This document shows positions 28,803 to 37,977 of a stretch of DNA of 64,000 nt, one piece after another (positions within the stretch are counted from its first letter, which is position 1; each line of letters opens with the position of its first letter). Below the pieces are notes generated by a model. The model did no database searches. It was not told the DNA's origin and saw only the letters and a program-made list of their open reading frames with translations. A program made the position numbers and the translations under genes. Where the stretch lies: positions 1,122,634 through 1,186,633 of the forward strand of contig OW818697.1 of assembly GCA_942493365.1 (NCBI GenBank), written 5' to 3'. Source of the stretch: an uncultured Clostridiaceae bacterium (GTDB taxonomy: Bacteria > Bacillota > Clostridia > Saccharofermentanales > UBA5734).

Positions 28803-30749
28803 ATGCGCATCAACAACAACCTGATGGCGATTAATACGCATCGCCAGTATTCAGTGAACACTGTTTCCACTGCCAAGTCGATCGAAAAGCTGTCATCTGG
28901 CTTGCGCATCGGCCGCGCCGGCGATGACGCCGCCGGTCTGGCCATCTGTGAGAAAATGCGTTCGCAGATCCGCGGCATGAACCAGGCAGCCCGCAATGCT
29001 CAGGATGGTATCTCGCTGATTCAGACCGCCGAGGGCGGCCTTGGCCAGACGCACAGCCTGCTGCAGCGCATGCGTGAATTGTCCGTGCAAAGCGCCAGTG
29101 ACACCAACACCGCCGTAGAACGTTCCAGTCTGCAACTCGAATTTGACCAGTTGAACGACGAAATCAACGACGTCGCCAACAACACCAAATTCAACGGCAT
29201 GAATCTGCTCAACGTCGGCGGCGGCACGAACTTCACCGCGGTCACGACATTGACAGCCGGAATCGGCAATGGCGTGATTCAAGGGAGCTTAGGTGGCGTG
29301 ATCCCGACGGATATTAACGCCAACAGCGTGGTGGGCAACAACGCGCAATGGATTGTCGACATTACCAACAACGGCTCATTTACTGATGGCGGCGCTGGCG
29401 ACATGCAATTCAACGACACATTTATTACCTATTCTTCTTCATTTCTTAATTCTTTTGCTGGCGATATAGTCTTACATGCAGCAGACAACTTTTCACTGAC
29501 CATCAATGACCAATCAACACCTGACATGTTGGCTGCTTGCCTCGCAAACGGCTTCAATCAATTAAATGCCAATTATGGCGAGTTTTCCCCGGTTAACGAT
29601 TTCAGCTTCAGTGCAACCGGCAATCAGCTGATCATTACTGCCTTGAATGCCAGCGCAGAATACGATGCCGAGGGCGTAACGATTACACCCTATTCTTTTG
29701 GCCTGACAACAGCCAGCCTCACCGAGCCCACGTCGCTTTACGTCGCGGAACAACGTGGCGATTATTCGTTTACCATCGACAAAGCCATTGAGGCGGTCGG
29801 CACCGAACTGAACATTGGCGGTGAAATTTTTACCGCCGTGGCCTCAGGCGCGACGGGCAATCAATTCAACGTCGGTACCGATGCCAACGCCCAGGCGCAA
29901 AGTCTGGTGGATGCCATCAACGCCAACAACAACCTCAATACCCGTTTTACCGCGAGCGCGGTCGGCGGTACAATCAGCCTGATCGAAAACGCCGGCCAGG
30001 CCACGGGAAGCGATTTGACCACGGTGACATTGTCGAACAATACGGCAGTGCCGGGCGAGTACACCTTTGATCTGAGCTCGTCAGTGCCGGTTGGTGGTCA
30101 ATACACCATCGACGGCGTTGACATCACCGTGACGGCGGACGTAGGTGACGCCGGTCTTGCCGATGGCACGACCGTTCTTTACAACGGAGATACGGATGCA
30201 CAGGCCGCCAATCTCAGCGCTGCGATCAACCAAAATGCCTTGCTGACGCCTCGTTACGATACCACCGCCAGCGGGAGTACGATAACCCTGAACCAAAACA
30301 TTTCCAGCAGCATGGGGACCCCGATTGTGTCCGCCAGCAGTAGCGAAACCGACGGCTTTGCCATCAACCTGCAGGTTGGCGCCAACACGGGTGATGACCT
30401 TGAGTTGACAATCGGCAGCATGACCGGCACGGCGATCGGTGTGGAAACCCTGAATATTTCCACCCGAAACGGTGCCAGCGCCGCCATTACCGCGATTGAT
30501 ACAGCGGTCAACACCGTTTCCAGTGAGCGATCCAAAATGGGTGCCTTGCAGAACAGGCTGAGCCACAAAGTCAGTAGCCTGGGCACGACCAGCGAAAACC
30601 TGACGGCCGCCGAATCGCGCATCCGCGACGTCGATATGGCGCACGAAATGATGACCTATACCAAAAACAACATCCTCGTCCAGGCGGCCACCGCCATGAT
30701 GGCACAGGCCAATCAGGCCCCGCAGGCCGTGCTGCAATTGCTGCAGTAA
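28803..30749 (+). CDS. fliC: flagellin, paralogue 2
   Basis: Start moved to ATG 28803 (MRINNNLMAINTHRQY), behind the conserved leader and SD. 648 aa. The N- and C-termini are nearly identical to paralogue 1, and the central domain is partly divergent. Confidence 0.93.
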   Translation: MRINNNLMAINTHRQYSVNTVSTAKSIEKLSSGLRIGRAGDDAAGLAICEKMRSQIRGMNQAARNAQDGISLIQTAEGGLGQTHSLLQRMRELSVQSASDTNTAVERSSLQLEFDQLNDEINDVANNTKFNGMNLLNVGGGTNFTAVTTLTAGIGNGVIQGSLGGVIPTDINANSVVGNNAQWIVDITNNGSFTDGGAGDMQFNDTFITYSSSFLNSFAGDIVLHAADNFSLTINDQSTPDMLAACLANGFNQLNANYGEFSPVNDFSFSATGNQLIITALNASAEYDAEGVTITPYSFGLTTASLTEPTSLYVAEQRGDYSFTIDKAIEAVGTELNIGGEIFTAVASGATGNQFNVGTDANAQAQSLVDAINANNNLNTRFTASAVGGTISLIENAGQATGSDLTTVTLSNNTAVPGEYTFDLSSSVPVGGQYTIDGVDITVTADVGDAGLADGTTVLYNGDTDAQAANLSAAINQNALLTPRYDTTASGSTITLNQNISSSMGTPIVSASSSETDGFAINLQVGANTGDDLELTIGSMTGTAIGVETLNISTRNGASAAITAIDTAVNTVSSERSKMGALQNRLSHKVSSLGTTSENLTAAESRIRDVDMAHEMMTYTKNNILVQAATAMMAQANQAPQAVLQLLQ

Positions 30750-30770
30750 AATTCGGCTACGCCGAATTTT
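30748..30770 (+). terminator. flagellin-2 terminator hairpin (module hairpin)
   Basis: AAAATTCGGC-tac-GCCGAATTTT overlaps the stop codon. Confidence 0.75.
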
Positions 30771-30820
30771 ACAACGAACAGGTAATAGCTAACAGGTAAC
30801 AGCTACGGAATGAATATCCC
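30771..30820 (+). repeat. heptad array + end box (plus orientation)
   Basis: CAACGAA CAGGTAA TAGCTAA CAGGTAA CAGCTAC, then GGAATGAATATCCC. Confidence 0.85.
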
Positions 30821-30833
30821 TTAAATTGATCAA

Positions 30834-30869
30834 AACCAAAAAGAGATCGCGTGCGATCTCTTTTTGGTT
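30834..30869. terminator. palindromic hairpin, paralogue of 28488-28523
   Basis: AACCAAAAAGAGATCGC-gt-GCGATCTCTTTTTGGTT. Confidence 0.7.
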
Positions 30870-30909
30870 ACATATCGCTTTATGCTTTATGTGGAGATAA
30901 ATTCATGTT

Positions 30910-31011
30910 GCAATTCTCATTCCGCCGTTGTTCGTTGTTCGTTTTTAGCTTTTAGCTTTTCGTTGTTCGTTGTTCGTTTTTAGCTGAAAAGGCGGCCGCA
31001 GCCGCCTTTTC
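30910..31011 (-). repeat. complete module in minus orientation: hairpin, 8 heptads, end box
   Basis: The minus strand reads GAAAAGGCGGC-tgcg-GCCGCCTTTTC (31011-30986), then CAGCTAA AAACGAA CAACGAA x2 AAGCTAA x2 AAACGAA CAACGAA, then CAACGGCGGAATGAGAATTGC. It sits directly after the stop of the small ORF 31019-31138. Confidence 0.9.
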
Positions 31012-31018
31012 ATATCGT

Positions 31019-31138
31019 TTATTTGCTCGGTTCTTTTGGTACGATAGATTCGATGGTTACGATCGCTGGCTTGGCCGTGGTTTTTGTCGTTGATTTTTTC
31101 TTTTTGACTTCTCGTTTGCGCGGACTTTTGTCGCCCAT
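31019..31138 (-). CDS. small Lys-rich protein (39 aa), hypothetical
   Basis: ATG 31138, TAA 31021-31019, translating to MGDKSPRKREVKKKKSTTKTTAKPAIVTIESIVPKEPSK. SD AAGGAGGG upstream. Extended -10 TGGTATAAT on the minus strand at 31194-31186. Module hairpin as terminator. Below the ORF-track length cutoff. Confidence 0.5.
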   Translation of the reverse strand: MGDKSPRKREVKKKKSTTKTTAKPAIVTIESIVPKEPSK

Positions 31139-31197
31139 ATTCAGACCCTCCTTATACCATGTCGCCTGGCATGTTCAGTACTTTCATTATACCAGAA

Positions 31198-33063
31198 TCA
31201 GGTCATTTCGACATACTCATCGTACAGACGGTCGAGCTCGGCCAAAACGTCGGAATAGCGGTGATAGGTTGCGGGGTCGGTGTCGCCGGTAAATCCGGCT
31301 TCCAGCAGGGCCTTTTCGCTTTCCAGGTCAGCGATTGACTTTTCAACCTGTCGCAAACGGTCTTTGCGTTGGGCGGTTTCGCGGCGCTCCTGGGCGCGGT
31401 TGGCGGTCGGGGTGGGTTCGGTTTTGCCGGGTGATGGCTGCGTTTGTTGAGCTGACGCGTTTTCAGCCTTACGAACGGCCTGGCGATAGGCGGTGAAATT
31501 GTCATAGGGCAGGACGCGGTCGCCAACAAAGCCGAGGACCTGCTGCGTGCAGCGTTCGATGAAGTAACGATCGTGGCTGACGGCCAGGATAGCGCCGGGG
31601 AAATCGACCAGGGCTTGCTCAAGGATTTCACGCGACTGGATGTCAAGGTGGTTGGTTGGTTCGTCGAGAAATAAGAGGTCGGGCCGCTCGAGCAGCAGGC
31701 AGGCCAGGTAGAGACGCGAGCGTTCGCCGCCGCTTAGGACGCGGATCGACTTGAAAACGTCAACGTCGCGGAAGCCATAGCGAGCGAGCAGGTTGCGGCC
31801 CTGGCCTTCGTCAAGGTCGGCGCGCTGCATCAGCTCGTCGAGCAACTGACGGTTTTCATCGGCAAAATCAACATGCTGGCCCATGTGGCCGTAAACAACA
31901 TTGCCGGCCAGCCGGACCTGCCCGGCGAAGTCGTCGACCTTGCCGAGCAGCAGTGACAGCAGGGTGGACTTGCCGCAGCCGTTGGGGCCGCACAGGCAGG
32001 TTTTCATACCGCCGCGCAACAAGAACGACACCTCGCGGAACAGCGGCTGGGGGCCGAAGCCGTAGGTCAGGTCGCGGGCGTCGAGCAGGATTTTCTCGGG
32101 GTCGCCCTCGGCCAGACCGGGGAGGAAACCGAAGTTGATGCGCTGATTTTGGCGGCGGGCGCGTTCGCGGATATCGTCGAGCTGGCCTGACAATTTGGCG
32201 ACGACCTTTTCGCGGGCGTGATAGGCCGACATCTTGCGGTGGGACAGCATGGTCTGGGTGACGTCCTTCTGGCGCTCCAGCTCACGGGCCAGCTTTTTCA
32301 TCTCGCGGCCGCGGGTCAGGTCCTCGGCGGCCTCGATCTCTTTGAAACGCGTGTAATTGCCCGGCCGCACGGTCAGCTTGCCGCCGGCCAGTTCAGCGAC
32401 GGCGGTGGCTGTGCGGTCGATGAAGGCGCGGTCGTGCGAGATGAGGAGGACGGAGCCCTTAAATTTGCAGAGGTAGTCCTCGAGCCATTCCATCGCCGCG
32501 AGGTCCATGTGGTTGGTCGGTTCGTCTAAAAGCAGCAGATCGGGTGATTTGAGCAGCAGCCGCGCCAACGCGACGCGCATGCGTTCGCCGCCTGACAGCG
32601 TGGTCAGCGGCCGATCTAAAATGTCGCCGGACAAACCCAATCCGGCCAGCGCTTCCTGCATGCGATGGGTAAAATCATATCCGCCCAACGCCTCGTAGCG
32701 GGCCGTGAGCTTGGTGTAGCGCTCGAGGTCGTCGCGGTGTCCGGCCGTCATGCTGGCTTCGAGGTCGCGCAACTGATCCTCCAGCTGCTGCAGCTCGTGG
32801 CTGACCAGCGCGGTCTCGGCCAGTTCGCCGGCATCCTCAAAATGCTGCGACAGGTAGCCCGGCACGACATTGTTGGGCAGGATGATCGAGCCCTGATCGG
32901 GCTTTTCCGTGCCGGTGATCAGGCGCAAAAGCGTCGTTTTGCCAGCCCCGTTATTGCCGATCAGCGCCAGCCGCTCGCCGCGATCCATCGCCAACGAGAC
33001 CTGGTCGAGCACGACCCGGCCAAAGTAGGATTTGCTGACGGCGCTGATGGTGAGCAGGCTCAC
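31198..33063 (-). CDS. ABC-F family ATPase (EttA/Uup-like translation factor type)
   Basis: 621 aa, no TM domain. Two ABC cassettes (GNNGAGKTT/LSGGERMR and GPNGCGKST/LSGGERSR). Charged C-terminal coiled-coil tail. Confidence 0.9.
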   Translation of the reverse strand: MSLLTISAVSKSYFGRVVLDQVSLAMDRGERLALIGNNGAGKTTLLRLITGTEKPDQGSIILPNNVVPGYLSQHFEDAGELAETALVSHELQQLEDQLRDLEASMTAGHRDDLERYTKLTARYEALGGYDFTHRMQEALAGLGLSGDILDRPLTTLSGGERMRVALARLLLKSPDLLLLDEPTNHMDLAAMEWLEDYLCKFKGSVLLISHDRAFIDRTATAVAELAGGKLTVRPGNYTRFKEIEAAEDLTRGREMKKLARELERQKDVTQTMLSHRKMSAYHAREKVVAKLSGQLDDIRERARRQNQRINFGFLPGLAEGDPEKILLDARDLTYGFGPQPLFREVSFLLRGGMKTCLCGPNGCGKSTLLSLLLGKVDDFAGQVRLAGNVVYGHMGQHVDFADENRQLLDELMQRADLDEGQGRNLLARYGFRDVDVFKSIRVLSGGERSRLYLACLLLERPDLLFLDEPTNHLDIQSREILEQALVDFPGAILAVSHDRYFIERCTQQVLGFVGDRVLPYDNFTAYRQAVRKAENASAQQTQPSPGKTEPTPTANRAQERRETAQRKDRLRQVEKSIADLESEKALLEAGFTGDTDPATYHRYSDVLAELDRLYDEYVEMT

Positions 33064-33174
33064 GGATGACCTCCCGGAAACGGTGAAAATACGATGTTCA
33101 GTATAGCATATGGGCGGCGAATTGGACAGGCGGGGGGAGGGCGCGATCTATAGTGCGGAATTTCGACTTTTCGT

Positions 33175-33216
33175 AGTTAGCGGCAAAGATGTGACGTCAC
33201 ATCTTTGCCGCTAACT
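33175..33216. repeat. perfect 42-bp palindrome (copy 2 of the 21-bp inverted-repeat element, no insert)
   Basis: AGTTAGCGGCAAAGATGTGAC|GTCACATCTTTGCCGCTAACT. It lies in the divergent region between the ABC-F gene and the cimA operon. Confidence 0.9.
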
Positions 33217-33358
33217 TGAAAAAACCGCATTTCAACACCAATAGGTGCGCTCCCGACCCCAATCTCGCTAAAAACGTGAAGAAAAAGGCGGCAGAACGGG
33301 ATTGCCCGAATTGCCGCTCAAGAGTATTCTATTAGTAGTGAAACGGGGTGAAGCACAA

Positions 33359-34948
33359 ATGAACAACCGTACGGTCGAGATCCTGGACACCACGCTGCGC
33401 GATGGCGCACAGGCCGAAGGCGTGTCGTTTTCGGTCAACGATAAGTTTCAGATTTTGGATTCGCTGGTTTCCATTGGTATTCAATACATTGAGGCGGGCA
33501 ATCCCGGCTCCAATCCCAAGGACCGCGAATTTTTCAGCAAGGTCGCCGATCGCCGCAGCAAAATGGGCGGCAGCGTGCTGGCCGCTTTTGGCAGCACCAA
33601 ACGCAAGGGCACCAAGGTAGCCGAGGACGAGGGCATCATCAACCTGCTGTCGGCCCAAACGCCGACCGTTGTCATATTTGGCAAGGCCTGGGACGTGGAA
33701 GTGCGCGAAAATCTGGGCTGCACGCTCAAGGAAAACCTGGCTATGATCACCGAAAGCGTCGCCTACCTCAAAGCCCAGGGCCGCGAGGTCATTTTCGATG
33801 CCGAACACTATTTTGAAGCCGCCCACGCCAACACCGAATACGCGCTCAAATGCCTCCAAGCTGCCGCCACCGGCGGGGCCGTTGTGGTCTGCCTGTGCGA
33901 CACCAACGGCGCGACGTTGCCCGAAGAGATCGCCAGTCGCACCGCCGAGGCGGTCGCCACCCTGCCCGGCACCAAGATCGGCATCCACTGCCACAACGAC
34001 AGCGGCCTGGCCGTGGCCAACTCACTGGCCGCCGTCAACGCCGGCGCGTCCCATGTGCAGGGCACCTTCAACGGTATCGGCGAGCGCTGCGGTAACGCCA
34101 ACCTGTCGACGATCATCGCCAACCTCCAGCTCAAATACGGCATCGACTGCATTCCAGCCGACCGCGTTGAGCTGCTGACCGCCGTCGCCCGCCGCATGGC
34201 CGAGATCACCAACATCGTGCTGCCCAACGGCGAACCCTTCGTCGGCCTTTCCGCCTTTTCGCACAAGGCCGGCATGCACATTGACGGTGTCAAGAAAAAC
34301 CCCAAGACCTTCGAACACGTTACCCCGGAATCGGTCGGCAACAACCGCCGCTTCCTGATTTCCGAGATTTCCGGACGTTCGGGCGTGATGGACATCATCC
34401 GCAAAATCAAGCCCGATCTTGCCAAAAACGCCCCCGAGGTCAGCCGCGTCCTGCACAAGCTCAAGGACATGGAACACCAGGGTTACCACTTCGAAGGTGC
34501 CGAAGCCTCGCAGGAACTCCTGGTTTGCAAGGAGCTGGGCCTCTACAAGCCCTTCTTCAACCTCGAGAAAATGCGCATCAGCAGCGAACAGCCCAGATCC
34601 GGCCCCAACAGCGCTTACACCTACATCAAAATCCAGGTTGAAGGCGTCGACGAAGTCACCGCCGCCGAGGGCGAAGGCCCGGTCAATGCCATGGACCTGG
34701 CGCTGAAAAAGGCCATGAACGTCTTCTACCCCGAACTGACCCAGGTCCGGCTGACCGACTTCAAGGTCCGCGTCCTCAATGCCGAAGCCACGGCTTCACA
34801 AGTACGAACCCTGATCGAATCAACCGACGGCCGCGTCGTCTGGAACACCATTGGTGTGTCCACCGACATTTTGGAAGCGTCCTATCTCGCCCTGGTTGAT
34901 TCGTTGGAGTATAAATTAATGCGCAGACAATTAGGTTGGGAGGAATAA
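33359..34948 (+). CDS. cimA: citramalate synthase / 2-isopropylmalate synthase family (CimA-like)
   Basis: Start moved to ATG 33359 ([25 protein letters not shown]). [17 protein letters not shown] motif. About 530 aa with a LeuA-type C-terminal regulatory domain. The CimA versus LeuA assignment is inferred from the N-terminal pattern. Confidence 0.75.
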   Translation: MNNRTVEILDTTLRDGAQAEGVSFSVNDKFQILDSLVSIGIQYIEAGNPGSNPKDREFFSKVADRRSKMGGSVLAAFGSTKRKGTKVAEDEGIINLLSAQTPTVVIFGKAWDVEVRENLGCTLKENLAMITESVAYLKAQGREVIFDAEHYFEAAHANTEYALKCLQAAATGGAVVVCLCDTNGATLPEEIASRTAEAVATLPGTKIGIHCHNDSGLAVANSLAAVNAGASHVQGTFNGIGERCGNANLSTIIANLQLKYGIDCIPADRVELLTAVARRMAEITNIVLPNGEPFVGLSAFSHKAGMHIDGVKKNPKTFEHVTPESVGNNRRFLISEISGRSGVMDIIRKIKPDLAKNAPEVSRVLHKLKDMEHQGYHFEGAEASQELLVCKELGLYKPFFNLEKMRISSEQPRSGPNSAYTYIKIQVEGVDEVTAAEGEGPVNAMDLALKKAMNVFYPELTQVRLTDFKVRVLNAEATASQVRTLIESTDGRVVWNTIGVSTDILEASYLALVDSLEYKLMRRQLGWEE

Positions 34949-34952
34949 ACCT

Positions 34953-36236
34953 ATGGCCATGACCATGACGCAAAAAATTCTGGCGGCTCATGCCGGCTTA
35001 CCCGAGGTTAAAGTTGGACAGCTGATCGAAGCCAAACTGGACCTTTGCTTGGGCAACGACGTGACGATTCCGCCGGCGCTCGATGTTTTCAAGACCACAG
35101 GCGTCGACAATGTCTTTGACAAGACCAAGATCGTTTTTGTACCGGACCATTTCACCCCGAACAAGGACATCAAATCCGCTGAAAACTGTGCCAGAATCCG
35201 CCGTTTCTCGCGGGCGCAGGATCTGCCCTACTACTACGAACAGGGTGAAGAGGGCATGGGCGTCGAGCACGTCATTCTGCCCGAAAACGGCCTGGTCGCG
35301 CCCGGCGATGCCATCATCGGCGCCGACTCGCATACCTGCACCTACGGCGCGCTCGGCGCCTTCGCGACCGGCGTCGGCAGCACCGACCTGGCCTGCGCCA
35401 TGGCCACCGGCCAGACCTGGTTCCGCGTGCCGGCCGCCATCAACTTTGTCCTCAAAGGCAAATTTCAGCCCGACGTCACCGGCAAGGATCTCATCCTGCA
35501 CCTGATTGGCATGATCAGCGTCGACGGCGCCCTCTACGAGTCGATGGAATTCACCGGCCCCGGCGTCGCCAACATCACCATGGCCGAGCGCCTGACCATC
35601 TGCAACATGGCCATTGAGGCCGGTGCCAAAAACGGCATCTTCCCGGTCGACGAGCAAACCATTGCCTACATTCAGCGCTTTGCCGGCGAACGCTACGAAA
35701 AGGGCCAGTACAAGGTTTTTGCCGCCGATGCCGACGCCGAATACGTGCGCACGATCGAGGTCGATCTCGCCACCATCCCGCTGACCGTGTCCTTCCCGCA
35801 TCTGCCCGACAACACCCGTGTCATGGGCACCTTCGGTGAGATCCCGATCGACCAGGTCGTCATCGGCTCCTGCACCAACGGCCGCCTCGAGGACATGCGT
35901 CTGGCTGCTGAATACCTCAAGGGCCGCAAGGTTAAAAAAGGCCTGCGCCTGATCATCCTGCCCGGCTCGCAGCGCGTCTGGAAAGAAAGCATGAAGGAGG
36001 GCCTGTTTGAGGTCTTCGTTGATGCCGGCGCCGTTGTCAGCGCCCCGACCTGCGGACCCTGCCTGGGCGGCCACATGGGCATCCTGGCCAAGGGCGAGCG
36101 CTGCGTCTCGACCACCAACAGGAATTTCGTCGGCCGCATGGGTCACCCCGAGTCCGAGGTTTACCTGGCCGGCGTCGCCGTCGCCTGTGCCTCGGCCGTC
36201 AAGGGCTACATCGCCGGTCCGTCCGAGTTGGAATAA
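34953..36236 (+). CDS. leuC: 3-isopropylmalate dehydratase large subunit
   Basis: 427 aa. Aconitase-family motifs [15 protein letters not shown] and [12 protein letters not shown]. Confidence 0.9.
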   Translation: MAMTMTQKILAAHAGLPEVKVGQLIEAKLDLCLGNDVTIPPALDVFKTTGVDNVFDKTKIVFVPDHFTPNKDIKSAENCARIRRFSRAQDLPYYYEQGEEGMGVEHVILPENGLVAPGDAIIGADSHTCTYGALGAFATGVGSTDLACAMATGQTWFRVPAAINFVLKGKFQPDVTGKDLILHLIGMISVDGALYESMEFTGPGVANITMAERLTICNMAIEAGAKNGIFPVDEQTIAYIQRFAGERYEKGQYKVFAADADAEYVRTIEVDLATIPLTVSFPHLPDNTRVMGTFGEIPIDQVVIGSCTNGRLEDMRLAAEYLKGRKVKKGLRLIILPGSQRVWKESMKEGLFEVFVDAGAVVSAPTCGPCLGGHMGILAKGERCVSTTNRNFVGRMGHPESEVYLAGVAVACASAVKGYIAGPSELE

Positions 36237-36251
36237 GGAGGAAGCAAAGTT

Positions 36252-36752
36252 ATGAATGCCAAAGGAAAAGTTTTTAAATACGGCGCCAATGTCGACACCG
36301 ACGTCATCATCCCGGCCCGTTACCTCAATACGTCCGACCCGGACGAACTGGCCAGCCACTGCATGGAGGACATCGACGCCACCTTTGTCGGCCGCGTCAA
36401 AAAGGGTGACATCATCGTTTCCGGCCCCAACTTCGGTTGCGGCTCCTCGCGCGAGCACGCTCCGATCGCCATCAAGGCCAGCGGTGTCAGCTGCGTCATC
36501 GCCCCCAGCTTTGCCCGTATTTTCTACCGCAACGCCATCAACATGGGCCTGCCGATCTTGGAATGCCCCGAGGCCTGTGCCGCTGTCAACGATGGCGACG
36601 AACTGGCGGTCGATTTCGACACCGGCGTCATCCAGGATCTGACCACCGGTAAAAGTTTCCAGGCCGAGCCCTTCCCAGAATTCATCAAAAAGATCATCGC
36701 CGCCGACGGTCTGGTCGGGTATATCAACGAACAGCGAAAAGCGAACAGGTAA
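36252..36752 (+). CDS. leuD: 3-isopropylmalate dehydratase small subunit
   Basis: 166 aa. [14 protein letters not shown] motif. The last about 9 codons and the TAA stop are encoded by heptad-array units. Confidence 0.9.
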   Translation: MNAKGKVFKYGANVDTDVIIPARYLNTSDPDELASHCMEDIDATFVGRVKKGDIIVSGPNFGCGSSREHAPIAIKASGVSCVIAPSFARIFYRNAINMGLPILECPEACAAVNDGDELAVDFDTGVIQDLTTGKSFQAEPFPEFIKKIIAADGLVGYINEQRKANR

Positions 36753-36857
36753 CAGGTAACAGGTAACAGGTAACAACGAACAGGTAACAGGTAACAGGTA
36801 ACAGCGAACAGGTAACAGGTAACAGCTAACAGGTAACAGGTAACAATGAACAGTTGA
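36726..36857 (+). repeat. 19-unit heptad array between leuD and leuB (no hairpin)
   Basis: CAACGAA CAGCGAA AGCGAA CAGGTAA x4 CAACGAA CAGGTAA x3 CAGCGAA CAGGTAA x2 CAGCTAA CAGGTAA x2 CAATGAA CAGTTGA, running into GAGGAG (36856-61), the SD of leuB. Confidence 0.95.
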
Positions 36858-36869
36858 GGAGTACCAAAT

Positions 36870-37970
36870 ATGGCAAAGTATAAGATTGCGGTCATTCCCG
36901 GTGACGGGATAGGCCCTGAAGTGACCAACGGCAACCGGCTCGTGCTCGAGGCCGTCGCCAAAATATTTCAACATGAATTTCGATTCGAAGAGCTGCTGGC
37001 CGGCGGTATTGCCATCGACGCCACCGGCATCCCGCTGCCCCCGGCCACCGTCGCCGCCTGCAAAAACAGCGACGCCGTGCTGCTCGGCGCCGTCGGCGGA
37101 CCCAAGTGGGACACGCTGCCCGGCCATTTACGCCCGGAAAAGGCCCTGCTCGGCCTGCGTTCGGAGCTGGGCCTCTACGCCAACCTGCGTCCGGCTGTCC
37201 TCTACCCATCGCTGGCCTCGGCCTGCCCGCTGCATCCCTCGATCTCGGCCAACGGCATTGATATTCTCTTTGTCCGCGAGCTGACCGGCGGCATGTATTT
37301 CGGCGATCACGGCCGCCGCGACGGCGCTTACGGCCCCGAAGCCTTCGACACCGAATGCTACAGCGTCATGGAGGTCGAGCGCATTGCGCGCGTCGGCTTC
37401 GAACTGGCCCGCACCCGTGGCAAAAAACTGACCAGCGTTGACAAGGCCAACGTGCTCGAAAGCTCCCGCCTATGGCGCGAAACCGTGATCAAGGTCGCCG
37501 CCGACTACCCCGATGTCCAGCTCGATCACCTTTATGTCGACAACGCCTCGATGCAGCTGATCATGCGCCCCAGCACCTTCGATGTCGTCGTCACCAGCAA
37601 CATGTTTGGCGACATCCTCTCGGACGAAGCCTCGCAAATCACCGGCTCGATCGGCATGCTGCCCTCAGCCTCGCTCGGCAAACCCGGCACCCCGGGCATG
37701 TACGAGCCGATTCATGGCTCGGCTCCCGACATTGCCGGTCAGGACAAGGCCAATCCACTGGCGACAATTTTGTCGGGCGCCATGATGCTGCGCACCTCGC
37801 TCGGCCTTGAGGCCGAAGCCGCCGCCGTCGAGCAAGCTGTAGCCAGCGTACTTGACGCAGGCTACCGTACGGGTGATATACTCGATAAAACAGCGACAGA
37901 CAAGACCTACAAGCTGGTGGGCTGCAAAGCCATGAGTGATCTGGTGGTTGCCGCTTTACTGAAAGGATGA
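36870..37970 (+). CDS. leuB: 3-isopropylmalate dehydrogenase
   Basis: 366 aa. [14 protein letters not shown] and [12 protein letters not shown] motifs. Confidence 0.92.
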   Translation: MAKYKIAVIPGDGIGPEVTNGNRLVLEAVAKIFQHEFRFEELLAGGIAIDATGIPLPPATVAACKNSDAVLLGAVGGPKWDTLPGHLRPEKALLGLRSELGLYANLRPAVLYPSLASACPLHPSISANGIDILFVRELTGGMYFGDHGRRDGAYGPEAFDTECYSVMEVERIARVGFELARTRGKKLTSVDKANVLESSRLWRETVIKVAADYPDVQLDHLYVDNASMQLIMRPSTFDVVVTSNMFGDILSDEASQITGSIGMLPSASLGKPGTPGMYEPIHGSAPDIAGQDKANPLATILSGAMMLRTSLGLEAEAAAVEQAVASVLDAGYRTGDILDKTATDKTYKLVGCKAMSDLVVAALLKG

Positions 37971-37977
37971 ACAGACC

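Noticed and set aside
31023-31292. 89-aa plus-strand ORF
   Set aside because: It is antisense to the 39-aa gene and the ABC-F 3' end, and it has no SD.
33152-33162. 11-mer TAGTGCGGAAT shared with the IS110 non-coding region (62707-62717)
   Set aside because: Hundreds of chance 11-mer pairs are expected within 64 kb, and there is no extended similarity around the match.
33217-33358. T-box or leader-peptide attenuator upstream of the cimA-leu-ilv operon (also 58603-58745 upstream of ilvN)
   Set aside because: No T-box consensus (AAUUAGGGUGGUACCGCG-like) and no Leu/Ile/Val-rich leader ORF were seen. Only a weak GCGGCA...TGCCGC hairpin without a U-tract is present.
34998-37127. 709-aa minus-strand ORF spanning leuC, leuD, the heptad array and leuB
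   Set aside because: It is antisense to three well-supported genes in high-GC DNA. The composition is Gly/Asp/Ala/Val-rich and typical of antisense frames. Its CYLLPV repeats are simply the stop-free complement of the heptad array.
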